In this document: positions 1 to 13,754 of the stretch, one piece after another | Numbering within the stretch: the first letter of the stretch is position 1 | How the letters are laid out: the number at the start of each line of letters is the position of its first letter | Assembly (NCBI GenBank): GCA_964247055.1 | Contig: OZ176052.1 | Span: forward strand, 2,480,001-2,544,000 | Direction of reading: 5' to 3' | Length of the DNA stretch: 64,000 nucleotides | From: Paragordius varius | Lineage: Eukaryota > Animalia > Nematomorpha | The notes under the pieces: generated by a model | Seen by the model: only the letters and a program-made list of their open reading frames with translations | Database searches by the model: none | Told to the model about the DNA's origin: nothing | Translations under genes and position numbers: made by a program

Positions 1-752
1 CTATATAGCTGTTTTTACCGTAAGCTGCCAATTTGGGGCCTTTACACCAGTAAACAATATATTAGTATGATTGCAAAGTTTTGAAAATATAATAAAGCAT
101 TGTTTAAAAAATCCTATCAGATCATAACTATAAAATAATGTTTCGAAATAATTCACATATATGGATCACAAATTCGCCGACCCTTTTTTTCAAATAGCGC
201 CTCCACAAGAAATCCGAAAGATTTTCACATTTTAAATAAATATTGCCATTATATTATATATTTTGATCATATTTTTAGTAATAACGCATTTAGTTGCCAT
301 AATTATTTTCATTAAAAATATGCTGACTAATTTTGCGATTTTACGCGAGCATTTACCAGAAAAATACAACCAACCTTCATATATCTCGTAAGCCCAAAGT
401 CTTAAAGAAATTTTGATTATTTCTCCGAATATATTATTTTGTTTAAAATATTTATTTAAAGACCATAGGTTTTGTGGCAATGTGAATAAATAATAATGTT
501 GATGCGTAAAATTTTCAAATCTTCAAATATACTAAAATATAATTATCTATTCTAACTTTAAATTATTATGTTTTATTTATTAAATTTTAATTTTATTACA
601 GCTTACCACCCTGTGTTTTCGTTAGCTGATATAGATAATTTATTGGCATTAATGACGAAAATTGTATTATGCCAAATGTCAAATCATTTAAGTAAGCAAC
701 CACATATGTTATCATATGATTATATTTGAAAACAAAGGGCTTATTTTAAGAA

Positions 753-3700
753 ATGCCCTGGTACTTTCCGTGGTCTGAAACGTTAGTTTTAAAAGCATAC
801 CGCTATGTATTAAACCGTTATTTTGGTTTTTATATATCGGAAAAGCTTATTTTAAATCAGTTGGATATAGATATATCATTAGGAACTAGTTCGATTAAAG
901 ATGTATCCCTCAATATTGAAGTAATAATATATTTTATTTAGAACATAAATCAATTCTTACGTGATTTCAACATTCCCTTGGAATTGGAAAGCGGATTTGT
1001 GAAAAATGTGTACTTCAAAATACCCTGGTCATCAATTTTTACTTCTGCTTCGGAAATTGAGTTGATTGATGTCGACCTCATATTTCGATTAAAAAATATT
1101 TCTGATAACAAAAAAAGTATTTTTTCTACTAACTACTAGAATTAGAAATCCATGTCCCATGCATGACCGATAGTGTGGCTCTTGTAAAAGAATATTTGCA
1201 AAAGGATGGTACGAACGTTGATTTTGCCGATAATGATGTGAATAATTTTGAGGGTGTAGAATTGTTCGCTCATACATTAGATTCAAGTTTATAATTTTAT
1301 TTTACATTTATAGTATTAACTCGCATAAAGTTTTTGGCCAAGAATATTAATGTCCACCTAATAATGGACCCCCCTAACTACCCTTCACACAATCAATATG
1401 GATCCTTTAAATTACATATACCAAGGTATGTAATATGAGCTAACTTTTATATTATAAATATGACAAAAATATTTATTACTTTCAGTTAATGGATTATGGA
1501 AAAAATAAACAAAGGGGTATATAGAGTGCTCTTTTTATGTATAAAAGAGTTGGATGACTTTAATAGATTTTTGTATCTGTATTACCATTTAATGATAGGT
1601 TAATGAATATAGCAAAATTTACTGGTTGTCAATACTATCATCTTAAAAGAGAGATTACCTCCTTTAAGAACATTATATATTTCTAAGTTGGGTGCTTAGA
1701 ATTTAGATTCATTTAATTTATATTATTTCATATTTAAATGAGACAAAGGCATTCTTTTTTCGCAATTAAGTGATCGAACAACTAATTTTTCCAAGGTTTA
1801 GGGATAATTTATATTTAAAATTTTACCAATATACTCATTTATAGTTTTCCAATGTCTTGCTTAAAATTTTAAATCAGAACCAATTATTTGCCGTTTTTTG
1901 TGCATTTTTATTGGAAATATTTATATTATAAATAATTGCAATATATTTGACACTATTAATTTATCCAAATTTTAATCTTGTTTTCATATATACTTATATA
2001 GCTTCCTTTTCTATGACATGGATTGTGACAACAAAAATGGCACGAAACCACCCGACTTTAATCAAAAATTGGGCCAGACTCCCCCTGTACCAGAAATCGA
2101 AAATCTTGATAAAAGCTTAAACACCGATAATGACGACGGTGTCATTAAACAATTTGAAATCAAAGCACCCATAATGATATCTTTTGATCTCAATGCTCAT
2201 TTTCCTAATCCCATTAAAAGCAGCGCAGTTAATAATATTAACATCATTCCTAAACCGCATAGTGAAAATATATTGAATACCTCGTCCATGAATAATATTA
2301 ACAAAATATTTGTTAACAGTAATTTTGTCCCATTCTTGGCTATAACATCAAATACAGTGGCACACATTATGAAAAGAAACAAAAGTCAATGCAATAATTC
2401 TGAAAAGTTACCATTTCAAGACTCTGAAAATTTAACAATACCAGCTTTAAACCATGAGCCCACGAATATTAATAGTGTTGAAAATATGCCTGATATTACC
2501 AAAGTAATTTATTTTTGTGGTATAATTTCTTTACTACTTGTCACATTATTCATTTATTTTGCAGCTTTTGAAGACTAGTATTGATTTTTAATTTTAAAAC
2601 AAGATAATTTTCTATTGATTTTTGATTTTAATTAAATTATACATTAACCATACATCATTAAATATTATTATCCAGGTATTATATTTGCCACATTGTTTCT
2701 TTTATAATATATATATAAAATTATTATAGGTGAATATATCGATTCAAATCGGCACAATTCATGCAATTTTTCCACCTTCATTGGCCTATGCGATACAAAA
2801 TTTGGTTAGTGCTGTCCTAGAACGTAAGTTAAATTGAAATAATTATTTAATATATATTTTTCTTATAAATATTAATAAAGAAATCACTGTTTATAACATA
2901 TTATTCTTTTAATAAAATATCAGATAAGGTGTGAAAGATAGGGATTTTTAAAAAATTGATCATGTTCCACTGGAAGAATTATTTTAAACACGTAAAAATC
3001 CTCATAAACATTATTTCTTTAGAAATATCCCAATTTTGCATATATTTTTAAATCTTTATTCCCTTTTAATCGATTATCAAATTATGATAAATTATAAATT
3101 TTTGGTCATCTTTTTTAATAAAACATTGGCATTTAATGAATATGATTTATGTTCAAAATATAGTTATTAAAATTCGGTTTATTTAAAAACGATCGAATAT
3201 CACCTAATTTTTATACTTATAAAATATACCAATGAATAAAGTTGTCAAAATGTTGAGTTAACTCCATAATTTTACTATTTACCATAGGTTCTGGTAATGA
3301 TGTGGTTGATAAAAGAAGCATTCCTATCGCTGAGAAAACGGAATACAAACAATGTGTACTTCAAATACTGACCCTTAATTTAAATATAAATATGATCAAA
3401 TGCCTTTTACCGTATGAAGATTTGACTTGCAGTAAAAATGGACACAATATAGCGAAATTAATGGCTAACGAGATGCAACAATATTTTGATTCATATTTAG
3501 AAAATGATGATTCATTTAATCTGGGTTCAGGAACACAATTTTACGAAAGAGATCACTTAAGGTATCCAAATTTTGTATTATAATATCTGTATCATCTTTT
3601 TGGTTTTAACATACTTTGTTTTTTGTTACAGGTTAACCATGAATAATCTAAATATAATGCACACTGCTCATACATTTTCAACATCAAATCAAATTCAACA

Positions 3701-6700
3701 CGTAGCCTTAAAAGTTGAGATTAGTACAATTCAAGAATATATACTTTCTAATTGTAATTCCAAAATAACCGGGAACACAATAAAACCAATCATTAGTTCT
3801 AGCAGATCAGAGAGAGAAGCTGGATATGTGAATATACTAAAATTGAGTCAAATATGCGTTGATTATACAGATGTTGTAGCTATGACGAATATGCCAAAGG
3901 AAAACATAAGTATGCAAAACACGCTAACTCCCGATTTCTTAAAATCTCTCGGTAAGACTTTTAAATTGCAACACCACATTTCTTCAAAACCAACGCTTGA
4001 GATCTGTGTCGAAATGATTGATATTCAACAATTTGATATAACACTTTTCGAAAGAATGCAAATTTGGATTCTGGCGGCGAATAAACGGCTAAACGATTTA
4101 TCATTAAATCTACCGATTGTGTCTCAGTTGTCATCGACTACCTCCTTGAAAGCTTATAACAAAACATTTTTTCAAGAATATAAGGCAAGTTCTACATTTT
4201 TTTCATATTTTTCGTTTTCAAAATACTGATAAATAATATTGGTAGTCCTTATGTTATTTGCATACATATATTCTATTAAATTTATAAATATATATGTATA
4301 TAACTTCAGAAATCATACGTTGATGAAATTGGCTACTCATTTGGATATCAAACACAACAACATTATTCATCTTCCGCTAAATTAAATATTCTATTTAACA
4401 TTGACAAAATTAATATCGTTATAAGGTATAACATTTATTAATAAGTAATCGTCTGCTTTTACAATTAGTTATTTATCGTCTGCCTTTCTTATCGATAATT
4501 TTTACATGAAAGTTTATATCTTAACTTTTTTTTAGTTATTCGCAAAAATATCTTTGAAAAATATCTCTCTAGATTAATTGATTTTGATTGTACTTTTTTT
4601 GGTAATGATATATGTATCAATCTCAGATTTCCACAATCTAATAATCGCCACAAAGCAAATAAAACTGAAACGAGCTCAAGCCTGTTTCCCGACTCAAACA
4701 ATTGTAACGGTTGGTGGGATCTAAAATTAAGACCCGATGAATGTTTGTACGTTAGCGTTAAAAAATTACAGTGCAATCTACAAATAAACCCCAAATCTAT
4801 GGAATTAACTGATATAACTTTATTTGATGCCAATTTTAATGAAACACAAGGTATCTTCCATAATTATAATTTAGAGTTCCCACTTTTCCGTAATAATTTA
4901 TGATAATCATTTTTATGTTCATTTAGTTGACATTATTTAATTTTAATTTAATGATTGGTATTTTTATTAATTTGTTAATTTTAATATTCTTTGGCTCTAT
5001 AACATATATTTTTAATCGCAGTGAGCTTTGGTTTAAATATTGGTTCTGAAAAAGGAGAAAAATCTAGAAAAACTATCCCACTTGTAAGTATTGTGTCCAA
5101 AAAAGATGTTTCCTCCCAAAATCTAGTTTTTAGACCCAAGTTTGTTTTTTTACATTGTATATCGCTTTTCTTATTTTATCTCATAATTTCTATTTTTTAC
5201 TATTTTTTTCTGCTTTAAGTTTCCATATTGAAAAAACGACTAAACCGTTTATTGAACCATCCCTTTGGTCTTTGGAGGATGTAAATCAATCTACCGATGG
5301 TCAAATGTATTTAAGTGCCCTATCATCTACCAATTCAAATTATACTACATACAATCCTAGTACAAAATGTGGAACCAGACCTCCAAGTTTATATCCATTT
5401 TGATTCTATGGAGTGTGAAATTTTGTTTTTTTCCGAAAAAAATTCAATGAGATATATAAAAATTTATAAATTGTTAATTTTACTTCCGAATTCGGCATCT
5501 TTCTCATATTTTTTTATATTATTACAGTCATTCATACCAAGATTTGTCTAATAATCGCATATAATTGTTTTTGGTATTTTTATATTGTTTTATGTAAAAT
5601 ATGGCATATTTAAGGCTTAAAGAACGCGCATGTTGAAAGTTAACAATATAAAAATAATCATAACAATAAAATGCGTACGAAAAACAAATCTACGCAATAT
5701 ATACACATATATATATAAATATATTTTTAGCGCTTTACGAGGAAGATATTAAGGAGGAACCCGATGAGCATTTTTATCACACGCTTATGTTTAATATGTC
5801 AAATGATCCCTCCTTTGAATCCCCTTATCAAAATGGTGAAAAATATATAAAAAACCAAACTCCTTTTAAAAGTTTATCATCCGCTAATCAAAAGTCAAAT
5901 ACTAACGCCAATAAAGCTCATCAATTTGGTATGCTCGTAATGTGTTATATGTTTATATATATAAATATAGCAAAATGTTTTTACATTTAAAAGAAATTCA
6001 AATATTTTACTTTTTAAAGGGTCATGATGCGTATTAACCATGTAATTTTCCAAAATTGGGTTATGGGCGGGGGCGCGGTCCATTATATTATTCTACTAAA
6101 TAAGATATATTTTAAATTGTAAATATTTTTCCTCTTATATGTAAACGGTATTAATTTCTTTTTAATTTTTCTAGCCACGACAAACTCACATGGTAAACGT
6201 TCGACTACCAATAGCACTGATCCAAATTCTAATACCGAACCATTGTCAAATACAATGTATAATGCGCCTAATAGCTCAAATACACCGCAACATCCATCTC
6301 CTTTCACTCGTAAAAAGGTTTTGTATGAGAATAAACAGGTATATTCCATGGGTAATGCTATATTATTTTATGATTATTTGGATATTAAATTATTAAACGT
6401 TTTTAGAATTTTTTTTCATTTTTTTATTAATAATTTATCATAAAAATAACATAATTTACAATGGGCTAAATTTAGTTGAATAAAAGAAATTGGAATACTA
6501 GATTTAAGTTGAGGTTTTTGACTGATAAATATTAAAAACCGGTTTCACAATCACAACCCGTTAATATTGATTATGTAGATATATACTAACAACATAATGA
6601 AATTAAACAAAATTAATCAAAATATTGACTTTTATCACTGCTATTTGATAAAAATTGACTTATTTCTTTTTTATCAAATTAGCTAAATATATGCTTACAT

Positions 6701-9700
6701 CCTTTTGTTATAATGAAAAATGTTATTATGATTTTATAATATAATTTTTAGTTGATACTACCCGGATCCCGTGAAGAAATGTTAAATTTTATAAATTATC
6801 ATCAATCGTTAATGCATTACAAAGTGGAAATCTATCTTCCAATAGTTAATGTCACATTACCAGAAAAAATATCATTGGAACTTATTTACAATAGGTAAAG
6901 AAGCTAGATAGTAAAATCCTAGTTATAAAATTAAAAACAATTATACACAAATTTATTTGAAGCAGTTTAGGAAAGTTTTAAAATTAGAATGATTAGAATC
7001 AAAAACTTAACAATTTATTTACTTATTTTAAAATTTTTTACGATGACAGGAAAAAGCTGTTTTGTTTTAATTTACAAAACCTTGCGGCTCCATTTAATTA
7101 ATAAAAATTCCAAATATCCTTCTTGTAACGAAAAATATATTTAAATAAGTTTTTCATATGTTTCATTTTTTTATATTAACTCGTACACACAGTTTTAAAA
7201 TTTTATTTGTTGTGTTATTTCCTAGAGTCTACAATGATCTTTTATTATGGATCCCATGTAATCCTTTCTACGAACTTAATATGCATATGAAGAAAAGCAA
7301 AACCAATACTGCTTTAACCAACGATCAAAATTGGCATAATTGCAATAATAAGCCAGTTCACAATTATTCAAATAGCAATATTAATGGAAAAACTTATATG
7401 GATAAAAGGAAAATCGCAACATCGGGTGGTGTGGGTGTGCCATATAATAATTTAGATGGTCAAAACAATTTAACGGATTGGCGAATAACGAGTGACGTGT
7501 TTAAAGGTTTAGAAATAATTATTATTTTTTAAATTTTTTTCAAATAAATATTTAATAAAATTATATAAATTAATTTGTAATTTACATTTTATAAATTGGC
7601 TCATGGTTTAAAAATTTGTTAACCTGAATATACACATAAGTATGAAAGAATCCCAACTCTTTAAATAAAGAAAGATTTAAAATTTAAATTATGAGCCTAT
7701 TTATGAGTTTCTTAAAAATTAATTTTTGTTTAATGTCTTCCCAATAATAAGACAATCAAGTTTTTCAGCTATATCAAATACTGACTTAAATTTAGATGTT
7801 TCCCCAATAACATGTAAAAATAGATTTAAACATAATTATTTCATGGTAATAAGTGTGTGTGACTTTCTACAAAATGTAATTTTACCAATACATTTATTTA
7901 TTTATTTTTTATCACGTTATATATTCTTAGGTGAACCAAAACATAAGCCCCAACATTCAACGTATAATAATTCTTCATGGATGTTTGGACAATTAGATAC
8001 GTTTGTTAATCAAGAATCATCCGCCATTTCTTCCTATGAACAATTTGAAAACTCTTTGGATGGAAATGGTTCTAAGAAAATGGGAAATAAAAATCATCCG
8101 AAAAACGAAAAAACTAACAATAAGACTTTTGAATCGTCCACAGTTAAAACCAAAACTAAACAGCCTATAAATAATGACAATAGCAAAAAAAATACGAATG
8201 GTGATAACGGTGCGCATGAAGGTTAATAATTTATTCTGATATATATGATACTGACTCTTTTTTGCATTTAAATTGATCTTATAAAACCAATCTTTTAAAT
8301 CAATCTCAATCACTCACCACCATTTTATGCATCATTTTGCGCTTGTTTTAATGATATAGTATATTAAAATTTTAAATTTAAAGATTTTCACGAAAATATT
8401 TAAATAATATAAATTTTAATTATCGCGTTCGTACTTGAGCAAATTTGATTTCAGAAATCGCAGTAAACTAAAATTTGCATTCTAGTATTATCTAAGACTA
8501 AACTTCAAAAATACAGATTTTTTGATACATATAAAACAGTGCAAATATAAATGGAATGGTTATTTAATACTATATTATACCAATCTTTTTATAATAATGT
8601 ATATTGTACCAACAACTCGGTATTTTGCTAGGGTTGTGGTAAATGTTTCGCAGAAAAGGTTAAATACGCTTATATGATATTTTCGGTACTAAAAGTTATA
8701 ATCGCTAGATATCCTTCGGTTTTCTCATTTACCGGTTAGTATAATAATTTGAAAACTGGAATATAAATTCATTATATTGACCCCGTCTAATACATGAGTT
8801 TTTATCTGCATTATAATTTTTATTTAAAGAAAAAATTGAATTTTAATATTTTTTTTTTAAAATTACAGTTAGTTTTTTAATATATAATATTCAAACTGAA
8901 TAAATGTTTACCTTTTTATTGTTTTTTTCCTATCAAAAGAGCTCCAAAATACCGAAAAAATAGTATTTAATTAAACGTTTAACTTAAAAATTTTGACCTT
9001 ATTTAAAAATCTTAAAATTGTACGAGGATGCATAGTTTAGTTGCTTCATTATTAAAAAGCTTATTAGCACATACCATACCAAATATCTAAATTTAGATTC
9101 AAGTGAATCGTTTAATGGAAATTCCGAGGAATACGATACCAAAGACTCCAGTCCAGACAGATTTGATGAAAAAGTCGAGTTGTCTCCCATAGATCAAGAA
9201 AATGATGATCCCTTAAAATTATCATTTTTATTTGTTTTGGATGAAGTTAACATTACGTTAAATTCAGCATCTACCAATGATGAAATGTATTTCATGGTAA
9301 TTCGTATTTTTTGAATTTCGCCCTTTATTAATTAAAGATTTTTCTTTAAAATATATGACATCCTGCGTTTATTAAATTAAAAAAATAATTGATTTTGCGC
9401 ATATTAAGGGAGCGCGATGAATTATAACTATACTTACACTTTCTAGCATTTTGCATTTATATTATTAAAAATTTTATTCACAGTTGATAGATATCATCAC
9501 ATATTAATCCAATACCCATAAATTTCTAAAGAGATTGATATTAATATTTATTCATACATCATATAACCTATTTTTTTTATCAAAACTACCAATTTATCTT
9601 TTCAATAAAATTTAATATTTAATTTATGATATTACACAGGCAAATAAAGATAAAACAACATCAACACCTTGCAACAAAGGCATGTTTTACAGATTTGGAG

Positions 9701-12700
9701 CCCAATTGAAGGATGGATTTGTGTTTGGGACATTTTTCAATCAAGAAAAGCATTGTAACCCACAAGATGTGCTTGTTCGATTCCAAAATTTCGCTACACA
9801 TTTTGAAAGTATTTTTATATTTTTGCGCTTTTTAAATATTTTTTGTATGGAATTATATGCAGATGTGCCAAATAATGTTTAAATATAAATTACCTATATA
9901 GGGTTTAATTTTAAATTTGAACGTTTTTTATAAGTATAATATAGTATCTTTTTCAAAAATATTAAATGATGCAATCAGGATCTAGAATTTCTACCCAAAA
10001 ATAAATTAAAATCTCGTTTTATAAGGTTACTTTGAAAGCTCCGTTCATTCCATATATCGAAATGGGGTTGATCCAATAATCAATTTTACCCCTATTTTTT
10101 ATTTTATCAACACGTTATCTAATACAATGGAAAAAATAAATGAAAATTGGATCAAAAATTATAATAATAAGTGTATTTCTAAAAGTATACCTTTTTTAAA
10201 AAATAACTCATAGGTTATTCATCAGAGGACAAATTCAATAGCAAAAACAGTGTGACGTCTACTGAAGATTGTGATTTTATGCAGTCGCTTGCACCTTTAT
10301 TTACTCAAAAACCTGGACCTGCCAATAACACTAACAACACCATGGTAAAAGTTGGTAGCAATCGGAAGCCCAACTTTTTACATAATTTCCAGCAAAATTT
10401 ACACAATAATACAGTAAAATTTGAAAACGTTAAAATTAAAAGACAAATCCATTTTAATATAATACAACCCTGGCTTTTTAGAACCAAAATTTTTAAATAA
10501 CCTATTTTGGGGAAGAGATGTATAATAACACTTTCAATTATATATTTCACAATTGTAATCATTTAGGGGTTATATATAAAAATCAGGCCATGAGGAGCAT
10601 TAAATGTAAAAAATATTTGTCTTTTAGTTTTGTTGCTATAATTTTAATATTAATCTGTATTTATTAATCGACAGATAAATGAAGCAACAAGAATTCAGGC
10701 CTCTGCTAAAATCAACACAGGTGGTAGCCTTACAGAATTGTATGATGAAATAAGTTTAGATGAAGATCCACATTTGTTGTATAATAATAACCCTAATAAT
10801 CCTAATAACCCTTATGCTAACTACCCAATGATAAACCCATTAAATTTTTTGAATCCTTCTAATGCAAATAATAATAACAATAATCCATTTACCAGTGAAG
10901 ACGATGATAAATTTTCTTTGTATGAAACTACGAATTCATCTTCGTTAAATGATTTACACCATTGCAATTATGGTATATTGATTGTGATTTTTATTATATA
11001 TGAATTTAGTTTTCTCGTATTATAGAATGTAAAAATATTAATATATTGGTATGTTTTAAGGTACAATTAGGTTGTAAAAGTTTGTATGTTACTTTTAGTT
11101 TAATTATGTGCACAAAACAGAATAATATCTATCTGTATTATACAGCTTTTAAAATAGCTGAGAGCTCCATGTTAATAGTGAAATGATAAGATAGAATACT
11201 AGAATGATAATCTGTATGATGCATATCAAATTAAATTTAACCGGCACAAATCATATTTATTTTTATGAGACATAAAAATGCAAATTTTTAGTTTTGGCTA
11301 AAGCAAAAAATGGATATAACTTTATTTCTGGTATTTTAGACGCATTAACATTTCGATATTCCTAATACTGCGACTCTCCTTTTTGTAACACATTTTATAG
11401 GAATTATTGAGTTTTTATAAAAATATATATTAGTGGTAAATATTTACTTATTGAACCGATTTAAATTTAATTAATTTTTCTTTTTTGCTTTTAAAGATGG
11501 AATGGACGATAATTCTTCAATTGGTCACAAAGATCCCATTATAAAGCTCAAATATCGAATCTATCAAACTGCACTTAATTTGCAAGAAACGCAAAATAAT
11601 AGCGGCAACAAATTAGATGACCAGGGTAGTGTTAAGTCATCTTCTATATCATCTTCCTTTAAAGAAAGGTAAGATTTTTATAAATGTTTTTAGCATAATA
11701 TAGGAATTGGAGACGTATGGTGGAATACTTTGATTGCATTATGTAAAATTAGATAGCAAATTTGAATTTTATTGATAATGGCTTTACCCCCGAACTATTC
11801 GATTTTTTAGAATTGTCTTTAAATTTATATAGTAAATTGAATTCAACCATATTATAGTAATCTTTAATGCGTAAAAATATTAACAATTTATTGTTTATTA
11901 GCAAAATAGAGTTACCCGTTTATATCAATATTTGTTTATTAATGTCTACGAATTAAAACTTTAATTTTTATAAGTGTGTTATTTAAATGACAATAATTTT
12001 TATTATGTATATGATATTTTAATAGATTAAAGCAACAAAAAATGTTTTTAAACGCTATCCCTTCCTTTTTGACTCCGTCAATGGCTGATGATATGATTGC
12101 TATTTCAGCTAAATCAAGATTTAACCGCGCTTCTGGCATAAAAGTAATATTAAAAAAATATAGTGTTTTATATTTCACATTCTTTTTTAAATTGCACTTT
12201 AAAGAATGTTTTTTTTGAGAAAAGCGATATTTTTAAATTATTTCCTTTTTGAAATATATAACAATTTATCTTTATACCATATCCCTATTGTGAAACCTGT
12301 CAATTATTATTTTAGTAGCCTAATAATTTTACTACACATTATTTAGGATGCCTTTGTCAAATTACTTATTTTAATATATTTGCTCATATCTAATTCTAGG
12401 GATAGTTATACAACATTTATTTTGTGTTAGGAAACCATTTTATCGTTGGCTTTTCATCGAACTCAATTACATCATGTCATACTTCCAAGCTATCGCGATT
12501 GGGTGGCTTGTTTGGCCCATTATTTTTCTATCCGAGATTTTGGGGAATGTAAAATTGTTCCGGTTCATAGACTTAATCAATTGCATTTACAATTTTATGA
12601 TTGCACTATCCTATACAAGTTTGATTTGTTTGATTTACAATTTTATGTTATATGTTGAAATTTTAACTTAAATTTTTTACCGTGGTATGTATATGGTCTT

Positions 12701-13706
12701 TTAGATATTTTTATACTCATTTATTAATGTATATATATTAATTTAGAACAGGGGTGAAATGGCTTCGCGGGCCGCATTTGGAAAATATATAGGCATTAAT
12801 TAATATTTAGATTTCAAACAAAAACTGTAAAAAAATGGAAAAAACAACATAAATACTATTTATTTCACCAATTTTTGCAGAGTTTTGTTTAAGAAATATT
12901 AATTTTACTCAGATTTTATGAGCATATTTTTGCAAATTATGGAATTTTTATATATTTGGTAATTTGCCAAATTTTTCGCGGGTCGCACTTAATATCTCGG
13001 AGGCGCGGATGTTATCCCTGACTTACAATTTCTCTTATTATTTTATACCCTAATATACCCTTAACCTTTAAATTTAATTGGATTAGAAGTTTATTTAATT
13101 TTTCATTATTATACAAAATATTTTTTTGTTATAGACCATTGTATCTTCCATTCCAAGTTTACATTGAACTTGGTTCGTTTAACATATCAAACCGAGCACT
13201 TATACTGCCAAAATCATCCGAAATTAAGTATACCTTTTATTTTTTGTTTTGTTTATTAAATATATAATGTTTTGATCAAATTTATTTATCCTTATTTAAA
13301 ACAGATTTCTTGTCGAAGATAGCTCCTTATATATCAGGAAATTCCTAGATATGGTTGAGATTAATAATGTTAGCGTCCCACTACTATCAAGTTATATTTT
13401 TTATTTAAAATCTGAATAAATTTTTAACAACATAATTTTAAGTAGGATCAACTAATGAAATCACAATAAAAAATTTTTTTATTTTATTTGTAATATATTT
13501 ATATTTTTTAAACAGAATTCATTAAAGTTGCTAGTGTCGGCATGTGTGAAATAACTATAGCCAAAAGGCAAATTGATTCTACATCACCCAATAACTCAAA
13601 CGCAGCCACTAATGTATTTTATGATATTTTACATTATCATTTTTCCCTCAATCTTTTATTATGAAATAGTTTTCATACAACAAAATAGATAAATTGGTTT
13701 TTTTTA

Positions 13707-13754
<48 letters not shown>

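Noticed and set aside
232-480. 82-aa minus-strand ORF as a divergent gene
   Set aside because: No recognisable motif or convincing splice structure; compatible with chance in AT-rich DNA.
921-941. Stop-codon reassignment or readthrough instead of tiny introns
   Set aside because: Intron 2 requires a frameshift, intron 3 contains TAA rather than TAG, all three have GT-AG ends, and TAG and TAA act as true stops elsewhere (ISOC, MLH1).
4851-4874. Possible 24-nt GT-AG intron plus 15-nt micro-exon in ATG2
   Set aside because: It is 3n with no stop and reads through as GIFHNYNL, so it cannot be distinguished from coding sequence without cDNA.
8545-8580. Possible 36-nt AT-AC intron
   Set aside because: In frame without stops and lacking U12 consensus (ATATCC, TCCTTAAC); probably coding.
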